Below, in pieces: positions 34,370-47,358 of a stretch of DNA of 64,000 bases. The DNA comes from Macrostomum hystrix. Taxonomy: Eukaryota; Animalia; Platyhelminthes. The translations under genes and the position numbers were made by a program. Position 1 is the first letter of the stretch; the number at the start of each line of letters is the position of its first letter. The stretch is from assembly GCA_950097015.1 (NCBI GenBank), contig CATNEN010000003.1:2604001-2668000 (forward strand). Reading direction: 5' to 3'. The notes under the pieces are model-generated. The model had not been told where the DNA came from. It searched no databases and saw nothing but the letters and a program-made list of their open reading frames with translations.

Positions 34370-37300
34370 TGAACAGTCCCAAGCCAGAATATCCCCGTGA
34401 ACAGTCCCAGGCCAGAATATCCCCGTGAACAGTCCCAGGCCAGAATATCCCCGTGAACAGTCCCAGGCCAGAATATCCCCGTAAACAGTCTCAAGCCAGA
34501 ATATCCCCGTGAACAGTCCCAGGCCAGAATATCCCCGTGAACAGTCCCAGGCCAGAATATCCCCTTAAACAGTCTCAAGCCAGAATATCCCCGTGAACAG
34601 TCCCAATCCCAGAATATCCCCGTGAACAGTCCCAATCCCAGAATATCCCCGTGAACAGTCCCAATCCCAAAGAATCCCCGTGAACAGTCCCAATCCCAAA
34701 GAATCCCCGTGAACAGTCCCAATCCCAAAGAATCCCCGTGAACAGTCCCAATCCCAAAGAATCCCCGTGAACAGTCCCAATCCCAAAGAATCCCCGTAAA
34801 CAGTCCCAATCCCAAAGAATCCCCGTGAACAGTCCCAATCCCAGAATATCCCCGTGAACAGTCCCAATCCCAAAGAATCCCCGTGAACAGTCCCAATCCC
34901 AAAGAATCCCCGTGAACAGTCCCAATCCCAGAATATCCCCGTGAACAGTCCCAATCCCAGAATATCCCCGTGAACAGTCCCAATCCCAGAATATCCCCGT
35001 GAACAGTCCCAATCCCAGAATATCCCCGTGAACAGTCCCAATCCCAGAATATCCCAGTGAACAGTCCCAATCCCAGAATATCCCCGTGAACAGTCCCAAT
35101 CCCAGAATATCCCAGTGAACAGTCCCAACCACAAAATATCCCCGTAAACAGTCCCAACCACAAAATATCCCCGTGAACAGTCCCAACCACAAAATATCCC
35201 CGTAAACAGTCCCAATCCCAGAATATCCCCTTAAACAGTCCCAATCCCAGAATATCCCCGTGAACAGTCCCAATCCCAGAATATCCCAGTGAACAGTCCC
35301 AATCCCAGAATATCCCCGTAAACAGTCTCAATCACAGAATATCCCCGTGAACAGTCCCAAGCCAGAATATCCCCGTGAACAGTCCCAATCCCAGAATATC
35401 CCCGTGAACAGTCCCAATCCCAGAATATCCCCGTGAACAGTCTCAATCACAGAATATCCCCGTAAACAGTCTCAATCACAGAATATCCCCGTGAACAGTC
35501 CCAAGCCAGAATATCCCCGTGAACAATCCCAATCCCAGAATATCCCCGTGAACAGTCCCAATCCCAGAATATCCCCGTGAACAATCCCAATCCCAGAATA
35601 TCCCCGTGAACAGTCCCAATCCCAGAATATCCCAGTGAACAGTCCCAACCACAAAATATCCCCGTGAACAGTCCCAACCACAAAATATCCCCGTGAACAG
35701 TCCCAATCCCAGAATATCCCCGTGAACAGTCCCAATCCCAGAATATCCCAGTGAACAGTCCCAATCCCAGAATATCCCAGTGAACAGTCCCAACCACAAA
35801 ATATCCCCGTGAACAGTCCCAACCACAAAATATCCCCGTGAACAGTCCCAATCCCAGAATATCCCCGTGAACAGTCCCAATCCCAGAATATCCCCGTGAA
35901 CAGTCCCAATCCCAGAATATCCCCGTGAACAGTCCCAATCCCAGAATATCCCCGTAAACAGTCTCAATCACAGAATATCCCCGTAAACAGTCTCAATCAC
36001 AGAATATCCCCGTGAACAGTCCCAAGCCAGAATATCCCCGTGAACAGTCCCAATCCCAGAATATCCCCGTAAACAGTCCCAAGCCAGAATATCCCCGTGA
36101 ACAATCCCAATCCCAGAATATCCCCGTGAACAGTCCCAATCCCAGAATATCCCCGTAAACAGTCCCAAGCCAGAATATCCCCGTGAACAGTCCCAATCCC
36201 AGAATATCCCCGTGAACAGTCCCAATCCCAGAATATCCCCGTGAACAGTCCCAATCCCAGAATATCCCCGTGAACAGTCCCAATCCCAGAATATCCCCGT
36301 GAACAGTCTCAATCCCAGAATATCCCCGTGAACAGTCCCAATCCCAGAATATCCCCGTGAACAGTCCCAAGCCCAAAGAATCCCCGTGAACAGTCCCAAT
36401 CCCAGAATATCCCCGTGAACAGTCCCAATCCCAGAATATCCCCGTGAACAGTCTCAATCCCAGAATATCCCCGTGAACAGTCCCAATCCCAGAATATCCC
36501 CGTGAACAGTCCCAATCCCAGAATATCCCCGTGAACAGTCCCAATCCCAGAATATCCCCGTGAACAGTCTCAATCCCAGAAAATCCCCGTGAACAGTCCC
36601 AATCCCAAAGAATCCCCGTGAACAGTCCCAATCCCAAAGAATCCCCGTGAACAGTCCCAATCCCAAAGAATCCCCGTGAACAGTCCCAATCCCAAAGAAT
36701 CCCCGTGAACAGTCCCAATCCCAAAGAATCCCCGTGAACAGTCCCAATCCCAGAATATCCCCGTGAACAGTCCCAAGCCAGAATATCCCCGTGAACAGTC
36801 CCAATCCCAGAATATCCCCGTGAACAGTCCCAAGCCAGAATATCCCCGTGAACAGTCCCAATCCCAGAATATCCCCGTGAACAGTCCCAAGCCAGAATAT
36901 CCCCGTGAACAGTCCCAAGCCAGAATATCCCCGTGAACAGTCCCAAGCCAGAATATCCCCGTGAACAGTCCCAATCCCAGAATATCCCCGTGAACAGTCT
37001 CAATCCCAGAATATCCCCGTGAACAGTCTCAAGCTAGAATATCCCCGTGAACAGTCCCAACCCCGAAACATCCCCTTGAACAGTCCCAATCCCAAAGAAT
37101 CCCCGTGAACAGTCCCAATCCCAAAGAATCCCCGTGAACAGTCCCAATCCCAGAGAATCCCCGTGAACAGTCCCAAGCCCAAAGAATCCCCGTGAACAGT
37201 CTCAATCCCAGAGAATCCCCGTGAACAGTCCCAAGCCCAAAGAATCCCCGTGAACAGTCTCAATCCCAGAGAATCCCCGTGAACAGTCCCAAGCCCAAAG

Positions 37301-38722
37301 AATCCCCGTGAACAGTCCCAATCCCAGAGAATCCCCGTGAACAGTCCCAAGCCCAAAGAATCCCCGTGAACAGTCCCAATCCCAGAGAATCCCCGTGAAC
37401 AGTCCCAAGCCCAAAGAATCCCCGTGAACAGTCTCAATCCCAAAGAATCCCCGTGAACAGTCCCAATCCCAAAGAATCCCCGTGAACAGTCCCAAGCCCA
37501 AAGAATCCCCGTGAACAGTCCCAAGCCCAAAGAATCCCCGTGAACAGTCCCAAGCCCAAAGAATCCCCGTGAACAGTCCCAATCCCAGAGAATCCCCGTG
37601 AACAGTCCCAAGCCCAAAGAATCCCCGTGAACAGTCCCAATCCCAAAGAATCCCCGTGAACAGTCCCAAGCCCAAAGAATCCCCGTGAACAGTCCCAATC
37701 CCAGAGAATCCCCGTGAACAGTCCCAATCCCAGAGAATCCCCGTGAACAGTCCCAATCCCAGAGAATCCCCGTGAACAGTCCCAATCCCAGAGAATCCCC
37801 GTGAACAGTCCCAATCCCAAAGAATCCCCGTGAACAGTCCCAATCCCAAAGAATCCCCGTGAACAGTCCCAAGCCCAAAGAATCCCCGTGAACAGTCCCA
37901 ATCCCAGAGAATCCCCGTGAACAGTCCCAATCCCAGAGAATCCCCGTGAACAGTCCCAATCCCAAAGAATCCCCGTGAACAGTCCCAATCCCAAAGAATC
38001 CCCGTGAACAGTCCCAATCCCAAAGAATCCCCGTGAACAGTCCCAATCCCAAAGAATCCCCGTGAACAGTCCCAATCCCAAAGAATCCCCGTGAACAGTC
38101 CCAATCCCAAAGAATCCCCGTGAACAGTCCCAATCCCAAAGAATCCCCGTGAACAGTCCCAATCCCAGAGAATCCCCGTGAACAGTCCCAATCCCAAAGA
38201 ATCCCCGTGAACAGTCCCAATCCCAGAGAATCCCCGTGAACAGTCCCAAGCCCAACGAATCCCCGTGAACAGTCCCAATCCCAGAGAATCCCCGTGAACA
38301 GTCCCAATCCCAAAGAATCCCCGTGAACAGTCCCAATCCCAAAGAATCCCCGTGAACAGTCCCAATCCCAAAGAATCCCCGTGAACAGTCCCAATCCCAA
38401 AGAATCCCCGTGAACAGTCCCAATCCCAAAGAATCCCCGTGAACAGTCCCAATCCCAAAGAATCCCCGTGTACAGTCCCAATCCCAAAGAATCCCCGTGA
38501 ACAGTCCCAATCCCAAAGAATCCCCGTGAACAGTCCCAATCCCAGAGAATCCCCGTGAACAGTCCCAATCCCAAAGAATCCCCGTGAACAGTCCCAATCC
38601 CAAAGAATCCCCGTGAACAGTCCCAATCCCAAAGAATCCCCGTGAACAGTCCCAATCCCAAAGAATCCCCGTGTACAGTCCCAATCCCAAAGAATCCCCG
38701 TGTACAGTCCCAATCCCAGAAT
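34370..38722. repeat. 29-bp minisatellite GTGAACAGTCCCAATCCCAGAATATCCCC, about 150 copies
   Basis: Direct inspection; variant blocks change along the array. Confidence 0.98.
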
Positions 38723-39204
38723 GCACTGTAGCCTTACACGCTGACACAGGTGTCTGCAGATGAATTCAGCCATCGTTCAAATTCGCTGTCAAGCCAAAAC
38801 TACCCAGCCTCCTAGCGGGATTGTTACTTAAGCCACACTCCAGTCAAGCGCGTCTATCATCCCCACACGGCGGCCTACTCACTCCCGTATGCCAGGAATA
38901 GGAACATTTTGGCTGGCTTACAATCGTGACCTGTTGAGCCTCGGATAGCAAAAAAATGTGCTTTCTTACAAGTAAAAATTTCCTACCCCATTGTTATCCA
39001 CTACATCTGCTCCGACTGCTGATGCTGATGCTGATTCTGATGCCCTTGCTTGATGCTAGAATACAAAGCAAAAATTTAAACTCTTTTTTGTCTCTTTTTC
39101 TGAATAATGATTGGGAAACCATTTAGTCGCATCCTTGGTAAAATAAATAATGTTTAGTGCTTTTCATTTCAGGGTATAAAATAGGCTAATTGTATCTATT
39201 TCTC

Positions 39205-39710
39205 CCTTGTCTTGTCTCTCCTCTGTCTCACCTCAATCCTGTTTTATCTCTAGCCTGTCTCATCTCTCGGTGTCTCATTTGTCCCCTTTCTCATTTCTCC
39301 CCTGTCTCATCTCTCTCTGTCTCATCTCTCCCTGTCTCACCTCCCCCTGTCTGTCTCATCTCCCCTGTCTCATCTCCCCCTGTCTCACCTCCCCCTGTCT
39401 CATCTCCCCCTGTCTCATCTCCCCCTGTCTCATCTCTCCCTGTCTCACCTCCCCTGTCTGTCTCATCTCCCCCTGTCTCATCTCCCCCCTGTCTCACCTC
39501 CCCCTGTCTCACCTCCCCCTGTCTCACCTCCCCCTGTCTCATCTCCCCTGTCTCATCTCCCCTGTCTCATCTCCCCCGTCTCACCTCCCCCTGTCTCACC
39601 TCCTCTAGTCTCAGCTCTTAAAGTCTAATTTCACTGTCAATGCGCCCCGTTTTCGTCTTTAGGTTTCTCTCTTTGGCCCGCTAGGTGGCATATAAGGTTG
39701 CCGAAACCTG
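39205..39710 (+). mobile_element. Third (partial) copy of the hAT MITE: CCTGTCTCATCTCCC array plus right end
   Basis: Array 39205-39610 followed by GTCTTTAGGTTTCTCTCTTTGGCCCGCT...AAGGTTGCCGAAACCTG, similar to 58447-58515. No left TIR or TSD found. Confidence 0.65.
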
Positions 39711-40508
39711 ATCCAAGTAGTGCCTTTATCTATGACGATCTCGACTTCGTTCTAAAAAAATAGACATAAAGGGGAGATGCCGCTGCCGTGTCAGAGACCT
39801 GTCTCCTCTGCCGATTTCTGGATAGGTTCTGGGGGGGCAGAACACACAGACAGTCCGATACAGATTGGTTCATTCTAGTCGAACTCAATTCCGACCAGAC
39901 AGCCCCGCAGGTCGTAACCTTCTGCTACAGTTCCAATCATCCGATTTCTAGTTTTCGATTTAATTTCTCCAACTAATCTCCGTTCGGATCAGTTCTGCTG
40001 TCTTTGCGGCCAAATTTTTCTTGCTTGCTTTAAGATCCCACCTGCCCGGATAGCTCCTAATAAGGCTTGTCGATGTTGACTTTCCGGGTGGAACGCGACG
40101 AGTCGCACAGACTCCCCACCAATCATCCACTGTACCGGAAGCTGAGGGCAGCAAACACAGGTAGATAGGGAGGCTGAGGTCCTGAATGCTGCGAGCAGAA
40201 AAAGTTGGCAATCAGATATAGACGCTTTGGGGCCGGATCACTTCCTATATGGTGCGCCAAGTTGTGACCAGGATGCTACGAGAAATATCCCTTTGCTTCT
40301 TATTAACTTTCAGTCAGTCAGTGCCAACTGTGCCAACTTCAGCCTTTGTACGTTACACAAACTAGCATCGCCTCATTAAAAATACAGTTGCAGGTAGATG
40401 ATATTGAAAGTTATTTATTTTACCCAAGCCTTATAGCTTCTTCATAGCAAATAAAGTTGCTAGACTTAGAAGTATTAAGTCAAGCTTATTGACATATTGT
40501 TTTTCAAA

Positions 40509-41246
40509 TTGACACCCACCTCACTCCTATCAATGTGAAAACTGTGCGCTCTATCTACTCAGACAGAAAAGTTCAATGCCTTCCCAATCCTAGATCATTG
40601 ACACCCACCTCACTCCTATCGATGTGAAAACTGTGCGCTCTATCCACTCAGACAGAAAAGTTCAATGCCTTCCCAATCCTAGATCATTGACACCCACCTC
40701 ACTCCTATCGATGTGAAAACTGTGCGCTCTATCCACTCAGACAGAAAAGTTCAATGCCTTCCCAATCCTAGATCATTGACACCCACCTCACTCCTATCGA
40801 TGTGAAAACTGTGCGCTCTATCCACTCAGACAGAAAAGTTCAATGCCTTCCCAATCCTAGATCATTGACACCCACCTCACTCCTATCGATGTGAAAACTG
40901 TGCGCTCTATCCACTCAGACAGAAAAGTTCAATGCCTTCCCAATCCTAGATCATTGACACCCACCTCACTCCTATCGATGTGAAAACTGTGCGCTCTATC
41001 CACTCAGACAGAAAAGTTCAATGCCTTCCCAATCCTAGATCATTGACACCCACCTCACTCCTATCGATGTGAAAACTGTGCGCTCTATCCACTCAGACAG
41101 AAAAGTTCAATGCCTTCCCAATCCTAGATCATTGACACCCACCTCACTCCTATCGATGTGAAAACTGTGCGCTCTATCCACTCAGACAGAAAAGTTCAAT
41201 GCCTTCCCAATCCTAGATCATTGACACCCACCTCACTCCTATCGAT
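40509..41246. repeat. 89-bp tandem repeat, about 8.3 near-identical copies
   Basis: Unit starts TTGACACCCACCTCACTCCTATCGATGTG; period 40511 to 40600. Confidence 0.96.
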
Positions 41247-42159
41247 CAACAAACCCTGCACATTCTCCCCCTCCGATGAAAGATTTAATCTTGGTCTCGA
41301 AATACACATTGACAAGCACCTCACTCTTATGGATCTGTAAAAAATTCAATGAACGAATTAATATTTGCCAGTAATGCGATACCCACCTCACAATATATGA
41401 GGACTCTAATTTAATAAACAAATTATCAAAAGTGCGTTAGACGAAATAAAAAATATCTAACCATATTTGTGGCAAGTCGCGATTTGATTTCCCCTGATAA
41501 GTACGAGCTAAATATGCATTCTAATCAATCCAAGACCTCAATACGACCTCAAGACCTCAATAATTGCTCAAAGCTTGTTTCCGCCCCAGTTTCCAAACCT
41601 TTCCATGTATGTTTGCTATTAATCAGCTCAAACCTGTCAGCACGGGAAGCATGACCAGCCCCCCTGGGGCGGGGGGAATTCTCTCTCTCTCTCACCCTCT
41701 ATTTCTTCAACCCGGTCAGCAAGCTCATTGTCGGACATCATATCCATCTCTCGTTCATTCATTTCGACATGTGCATGTTTCATTTGAAGCGTCTTCGCTT
41801 TTCGTCGCTTTGAAGATTTCGCTGGATTTATCCCTCTTTCCTCCTCACTCCTTCCTACAAAATCCTCCGGAAGTTGAACTCTTCAATTTCCTTTCTATTC
41901 AGCGACCGGCCACTCAGCGGAATGGACTACCGTACCATTACCCCTCCCTACTGGACAATGGACTGTTTTGCCCCAATATCCAGTGATTATTCGCGAGAGG
42001 TCCTCAGGGAAATCCCGTCTGCAAAAGTGTCTTAATTAAAAGTTTAGTTCCATATTGAGAAGTCTTGAAAACTAATAAGCCATTTATTTCTTAATTATTT
42101 TAGGATATTGGCTGGTAATTTCCTTCTATCCATTTTAGCCATTTCAGTCAATTAGGAAT

Positions 42160-43357
42160 ACTAATTTGTCAGTCATTTAGAAAGGTCATTTCTCAGTCAT
42201 TTAGACTGGTCATTTGTCAGTCATTTAGATTGGTCATTTCTCAATCATTTAGACTGGTAATTTCTCAGTCATTTAGACTGGTCATTTCTCAGTCATTTAG
42301 ACTGGTCATTTCTCAGTCATTTAGACTGGTCATTTCTCAGTCATTTAGACTGGTCATTTCTCAGTCATTTAGACTGGTCATTTCTCAGTCATTTAGACTG
42401 GTCATTTCTCAGTCATTTAGACTGGTCATTTCTCAGTCATTTAGACTAGTCATTTCTCAGTCATTTAGACTGGTCATTTCTCAGTCATTTAGACTGGTAA
42501 TTTCTCAGTCATTTAGATTGGTCATTTCTCAGTCATTTAGACCGGTCATTTCTCAATCATTTAGACTGGTAATTTCTCAGTCATTTAGACTGGTAATTTC
42601 TCAGTCATTTAGACTGGTAATTTCTCAGTCATTTAGACCGGTCATTTATCAGTCATTTAGACCGGTCATTTATCAGTCATTTAGACTGGTAATTTCTCAG
42701 TCATTTAGACTGGTAATTTCTCAGTCATTTAGACTGGTAATTTCTCAGTCATTTAGACCGGTCATTTATCAGTCATTTAGATTGGTCATTTCTCAGTCAT
42801 TTAGACTGGTCATTTCTCAATCATTTAGACTGGTCATTTCTCAGTCATGGGTCATTTCTCAATCATTTAGACTGGTCATTTGTCAGTCATTTAGATTGGT
42901 CATTTCTCAATCATTTAGACTGGTCATTTCTCAATCATTTAGACTGGTCATTTCTCAGTCATGGGTCATTTCTCAATCATTTAGACTGGTAATTTCTCAG
43001 TCATTTAGACTGGTAATTTCTCAGTCATTTAGACTGGTAATTTCTCAGTCATTTAGACTGGTAATTTCTCAGTCATTTAGACCGGTCATTTCTCAGTCAT
43101 TTAGATTGGTCATTTCTCAGTCATTTAGACTGGTCATTTCTCAATCATTTAGACTGGTCATTTCTCAGTCATGGGTCATTTCTCAATCATTTAGACTGGT
43201 CATTTGTCAGTCATTTAGACTGGTCATTTCTCAATCATTTAGACTGGTCATTTCTCAGTCATTTAGACTGGTCATTTCTCAGTCATTTAGATTGGTCATT
43301 TCTCAATCATTGAGACTGGTAATTTCTGAGTCATTTAGACTGGTCATTTCTCAGTCG
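42160..43357. repeat. 24-bp minisatellite TGGTCATTTCTCAGTCATTTAGAC
   Basis: Direct inspection. Confidence 0.96.
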
Positions 43358-44134
43358 ATAACTAAAATATCGTGAAGTTTGATACTAAACTCACAGTCAC
43401 ACTGGCAAACGTATTCATTATCAAGCAATGTTGTTTTTGATTTATATCTAGGTCATAGAAACATTGCATAATGAGGATAAATTACAGTTGGGATAAACAC
43501 TAGGCTGTATAGGGCTGTCTGTGTGAGCTTTCCGTGTGTGCTGACTAAGCTAATAAATAGTTATTAGTTAGTTTAGCAAGAATAATTATGATACTTGAGC
43601 GGAGGGAAAGCCTGGTGATTATCTATCTGTCTGGCCGATGTCTGCTTCTGGTATCCAGCACTGAGGTACGAGTACTAAGGGTCGAAAAAAATATTTCTAA
43701 TGCCACGGCTACACTCACACACTGCAGTAGAAGTGGAGCTTGCCTTGAAATCCATCGTGATGGATAGTTAGACACTGCCGAGAACAAGATAAAGAGAGAA
43801 AATGTAAAATGATAAGAACTACTAGCCTAGAGAAGTTTCTAATACAGGAAGCGAACTTCAGGAAGTGAGTGTAGTTGTCTCAGACGGCTCCCATATAATC
43901 AGCTCTCGACAACCCGTATGTCAAAGTCCAATAGATATTGACTCGGTTGGCAACGGAGAAACAACTAATTTTCCTGTAATATAAGAAGTAAGATGGTGGA
44001 AGCAAGTAAATCGATTCGAAGCAAATTAGTTTGTTAAGATTGGTTAGATTTCGCATATTAAAGGACTACGTGCTCTGGATTATTAGGGTTAGATTATACG
44101 GTTTTAATGAGGGGGTGTAAGAGTTAAGCTACGG

Positions 44135-44610
44135 ACTATAGTGAGGTGGTGGGCGTAAAACCGGGTAGGAAAGAGTAATTTTCGCTTTAAGCTGTAGACT
44201 GGAGGGAGGTGGTGGGTGTCAAACAGGGGTAGAGAAGAGGAAGTGACGCTTTAAGCTATAGACTGGAGTGAGGTGGTGGGTGTCAAACAGGGGTAGAGAA
44301 GAGAAAGTGACGCTTTAAGCTATAGACTGGAGTGAGGTGGTGGGTGTCAAACAGGGGGTAGAGATGAGAAAGTGACGCTTTAAGCTATAGACTGGAGTGA
44401 GGTGGTGGGTGTCAAACAGGGGTAGAGAAGAGAAAGTGACGCTTTAAGCTATAGTCTGGAGTGAGGTGGTGGGTGTCAAACAGGGGTAGAGAAGAGAAAG
44501 TGACGCTTTAAGCTATAGTCTGGAGTGAGGTGGTGGGTGTCAAACAGGGGTAGAGAAGAGAAAGTGACGCTTTAAGCTATAGTCTGGAGTGAGTTGGTGG
44601 TTATCAAACG
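44135..44610. repeat. 64-bp tandem repeat, about 7 copies
   Basis: GACTGGAGTGAGGTGGTGGGTGTCAAACAGGGGTAGAGAAGAGAAAGTGACGCTTTAAGCTATA. Confidence 0.95.
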
Positions 44611-45544
44611 GGGCAGGAAAGAAGGATTAATGATAAAGCTGCGTATTCTTTGTGAGGAAGGTGTCCGTGAATATCGGTTAGAAAATAATAAGCATTTAAA
44701 AGTACATAAGCTTTTCATATGTTCTGCAATAAGAAACTTTAATTCAAGTAGTAACGAAAATTGACAATAAAATGATTTTCTTACCTTAAAATTGTTAGCT
44801 ATGAGAGAAAAAGAAGTGAAAGAAATCACAGTAGCGTGTAGTTTAAGGATTCTATAATCTGAAAATACAGTTTGCTGTCTTGATTACCCGTTTGTTCTGT
44901 TATAGTACAGTCTGTGACTTCGGTCTGATCAGGTTAAGCAGAAGGAGGGAAGAAGTAGAAGTAGAGATACAGTCAACTCTGCCTTTATTAAATAAAGTTA
45001 AAGTCTTTCGCATTTCTTCTCCAGGGCCAATCGGGACTGAGCTGTGTCTAGACGAAGCGTGGGAATCATTGGTCCTCAGGTCGCTGTTCCCAGAATCCGA
45101 TGGCAAATTCGGACTGGGATATATTCAGAGTTAAAGGGGAATTCAAGCTTTGTTACCTGGGGATCTTTAACTGACAAGTCGAAGAGTATCGTTGGCTCCC
45201 AGTGACTTCGAAGAGGGGCCCGCAGATGCGTCAGCAACAATCTGTTTGGGATCTTGCCAGCCCGTCTATTAAGCATCCTATGGAATGGAGAATTGCAAGC
45301 TAGAATGCCGAGATTTCATTGCCCATAAGTGCAGATTTGGTCGTATTGGGAATACACACTGGAAGGACTTGTTCGGAGATGGTTGGAATATTTATGCTTG
45401 GCGGTCTGCAACCAAAGTTCAGTTAATCCTTAAGTCCATTATTCTCTTTGCTTTTCGCATTGAAGTGCTCTTCAATATGGAAAACCTGTTCTGAAGAACA
45501 GAAGATATAAAATATAAAATAGAATTTCCCTTTGGGCCTCCTCG

Positions 45545-46125
45545 AAACTCCCATTTGTGAATCTCCCATCGGTGAATCTCGCGTCCGTGAATCTCCCATC
45601 CGTGAATCTCCCATCTGTGAATCTCCCATCCGTGAATCTCGCGTCCGTGAAACTCCCATCCGTGAAACTCCCATCTGTGAATCTCCCATCCGTGAATCTC
45701 CCATCTGTGAATCTCCCATCCGTGAATCTCGCGTCCGTGAAACTCCCATCCGTGAAACTCCCATCTGTAAATCTCCCATCCGTGAATCTCGCGTCCGTGA
45801 AACTCCCATCCGTGAAACTCCCATCTGTGAATCTCCCATCCGTGAATCTCCCATCTGTGAATCTCCCATCCGTGAATCTCGCGTCCGTGAAACTCCCATC
45901 CGTGAAACTCCCATCTGTGAATCTCCCATCCGTGAATCTCGCGTCCGTGAAACTCCCATCCGTGAATCTCCCATCGGCGTAAAACTCAAATCGGTGACTC
46001 TCCCATCCGTGAATCCCCCATCCGTGAATCTCCCATCCGTGAATCTCCTATCTGTGAATCCCCAGTCTGTGAATCTCTCATTCGTGACTCTCCCATCCGT
46101 GAATCCCCCCATCTGTGAATCTCCC
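45545..46125. repeat. 15-bp minisatellite GTGAATCTCCCATCC
   Basis: Direct inspection. Confidence 0.95.
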
Positions 46126-46438
46126 GGTCACATTCTCAGTGAGTCCAGCTCTCTGAAATTATTCTGAAGAATTGTGTCGTGGACATTGCTATTTAGAGAA
46201 ATTTCGACTCGTAACAAAGCTTTAATTTGCTCATCGCGAATTCCGAAAAACCACCTTTTTCTAAAGCATGAGTAAGGAAGTAAGGAGAGGCCCCGTAACA
46301 GTGTTAACAATTATGACCTTGAAGTTTTTCCCAAAATATTTCGGTCTTTGCTCGGCTCCCCACACACTCGCGTGATTACATAATTCTTAAAAGTGGGCCT
46401 CCGTAGACTTATCAATTGATTCGTGGCTGTCGTCTAAA

Positions 46439-46665
46439 GGCGGGGAGGCGGGTGAGTGAGGGCTGGTGGGGTGGTGGGTTAAAGATCCGAGACTGTCACA
46501 AATTTTCATTCGTTTCGCCGGGGGACCCTAGCTGAGGTGGGTAACAGGGATAGAAGGGTAAATGAACCCCTGGGTAAACCCCCTCCCGGGATGTACACTG
46601 AGGGACTGTACATTAGAGACTGTACGCTAGGCTAGACTAATATGTTCAAGCCAGCATGACGTCAT
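46439..46665 (+). promoter_or_regulatory. GC boxes and palindromic CRE upstream of the 46786 ORF
   Basis: GGCGGGGAGGCGGG at 46439 and TGACGTCA at 46658-65. Confidence 0.3.
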
Positions 46666-46785
46666 CGGGAGTGAAATGTGACTAAAGGAGAGACCATTTA
46701 AAATATCAACCGTGCTGTCTCTCCGCTAGGACTAGATCTAGAATCTATCTGGAATTAAAACAAGGAAGCAGCAATCTGCATTGAC

Positions 46786-47358
46786 ATGTCTCTACTGCAA
46801 TCCGACCTCGCCATCGTGTCACCGCCGTTGTCAACCTCGGACAGTCGACCAGCATCGTCGGCTGCTTCAACCTACTGCGGCGAGCAGCAGCGACCAGCGT
46901 CAGCCACGCCGTGGGATTCAATCATCGAGGAGGAGTTACTGCGAGATTTAAACTTGGCCTCCCAGCTGCAGCAGCAGCAGCAGCAGCAGCGAATGAAGAG
47001 TGGGGACCTAGCTCAGCGGCTAACTAGGCAATACCTGCAGGAGAGGCAGGAGCAGCAGACCATTCACCTGCTGCTGAACCGGCCCAAGAAGATGAAGCGC
47101 AAGAATTGCACACCGCACAGAATTGTGAAATCGGGCAGTTCGGCTGCCGCCGCAACTCATACGGCGGCACTGCTGGTCTCCGATCCTTTGTCAAACCTCC
47201 AGGCCGGGCTGGACAATGGCAGGTCGTCGGAGAATTGTGCACAGTCTCGCGGTGTGCTCACGGGCTGCTCGGCTAATTCGCAGGGGACTCAAATCGAGCA
47301 GGTTGTCTCCCGGCTAAAGAAGCATCGGCAGTGCTCAGTTGAGCAGTCGGCTTGCTGA
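46786..47358 (+). CDS. Hypothetical 190-aa ORF (poly-Q, basic RPKKMKRK), orphan gene or first exon
   Basis: ATG-initiated, GC-rich, non-repetitive ORF in AT-rich flanks, with composition like the neighbouring exons. No recognisable domain. Confidence 0.5.
   Translation: MSLLQSDLAIVSPPLSTSDSRPASSAASTYCGEQQRPASATPWDSIIEEELLRDLNLASQLQQQQQQQRMKSGDLAQRLTRQYLQERQEQQTIHLLLNRPKKMKRKNCTPHRIVKSGSSAAAATHTAALLVSDPLSNLQAGLDNGRSSENCAQSRGVLTGCSANSQGTQIEQVVSRLKKHRQCSVEQSAC

Noticed and set aside
44083-44093. TTAGGGTTAG as an interstitial telomere repeat
   Set aside because: Fewer than two units; expected by chance.
20414-44610. 41-, 62-, 64- and 89-bp arrays as possible CRISPR arrays
   Set aside because: No unique spacers, no cas genes, eukaryotic context.
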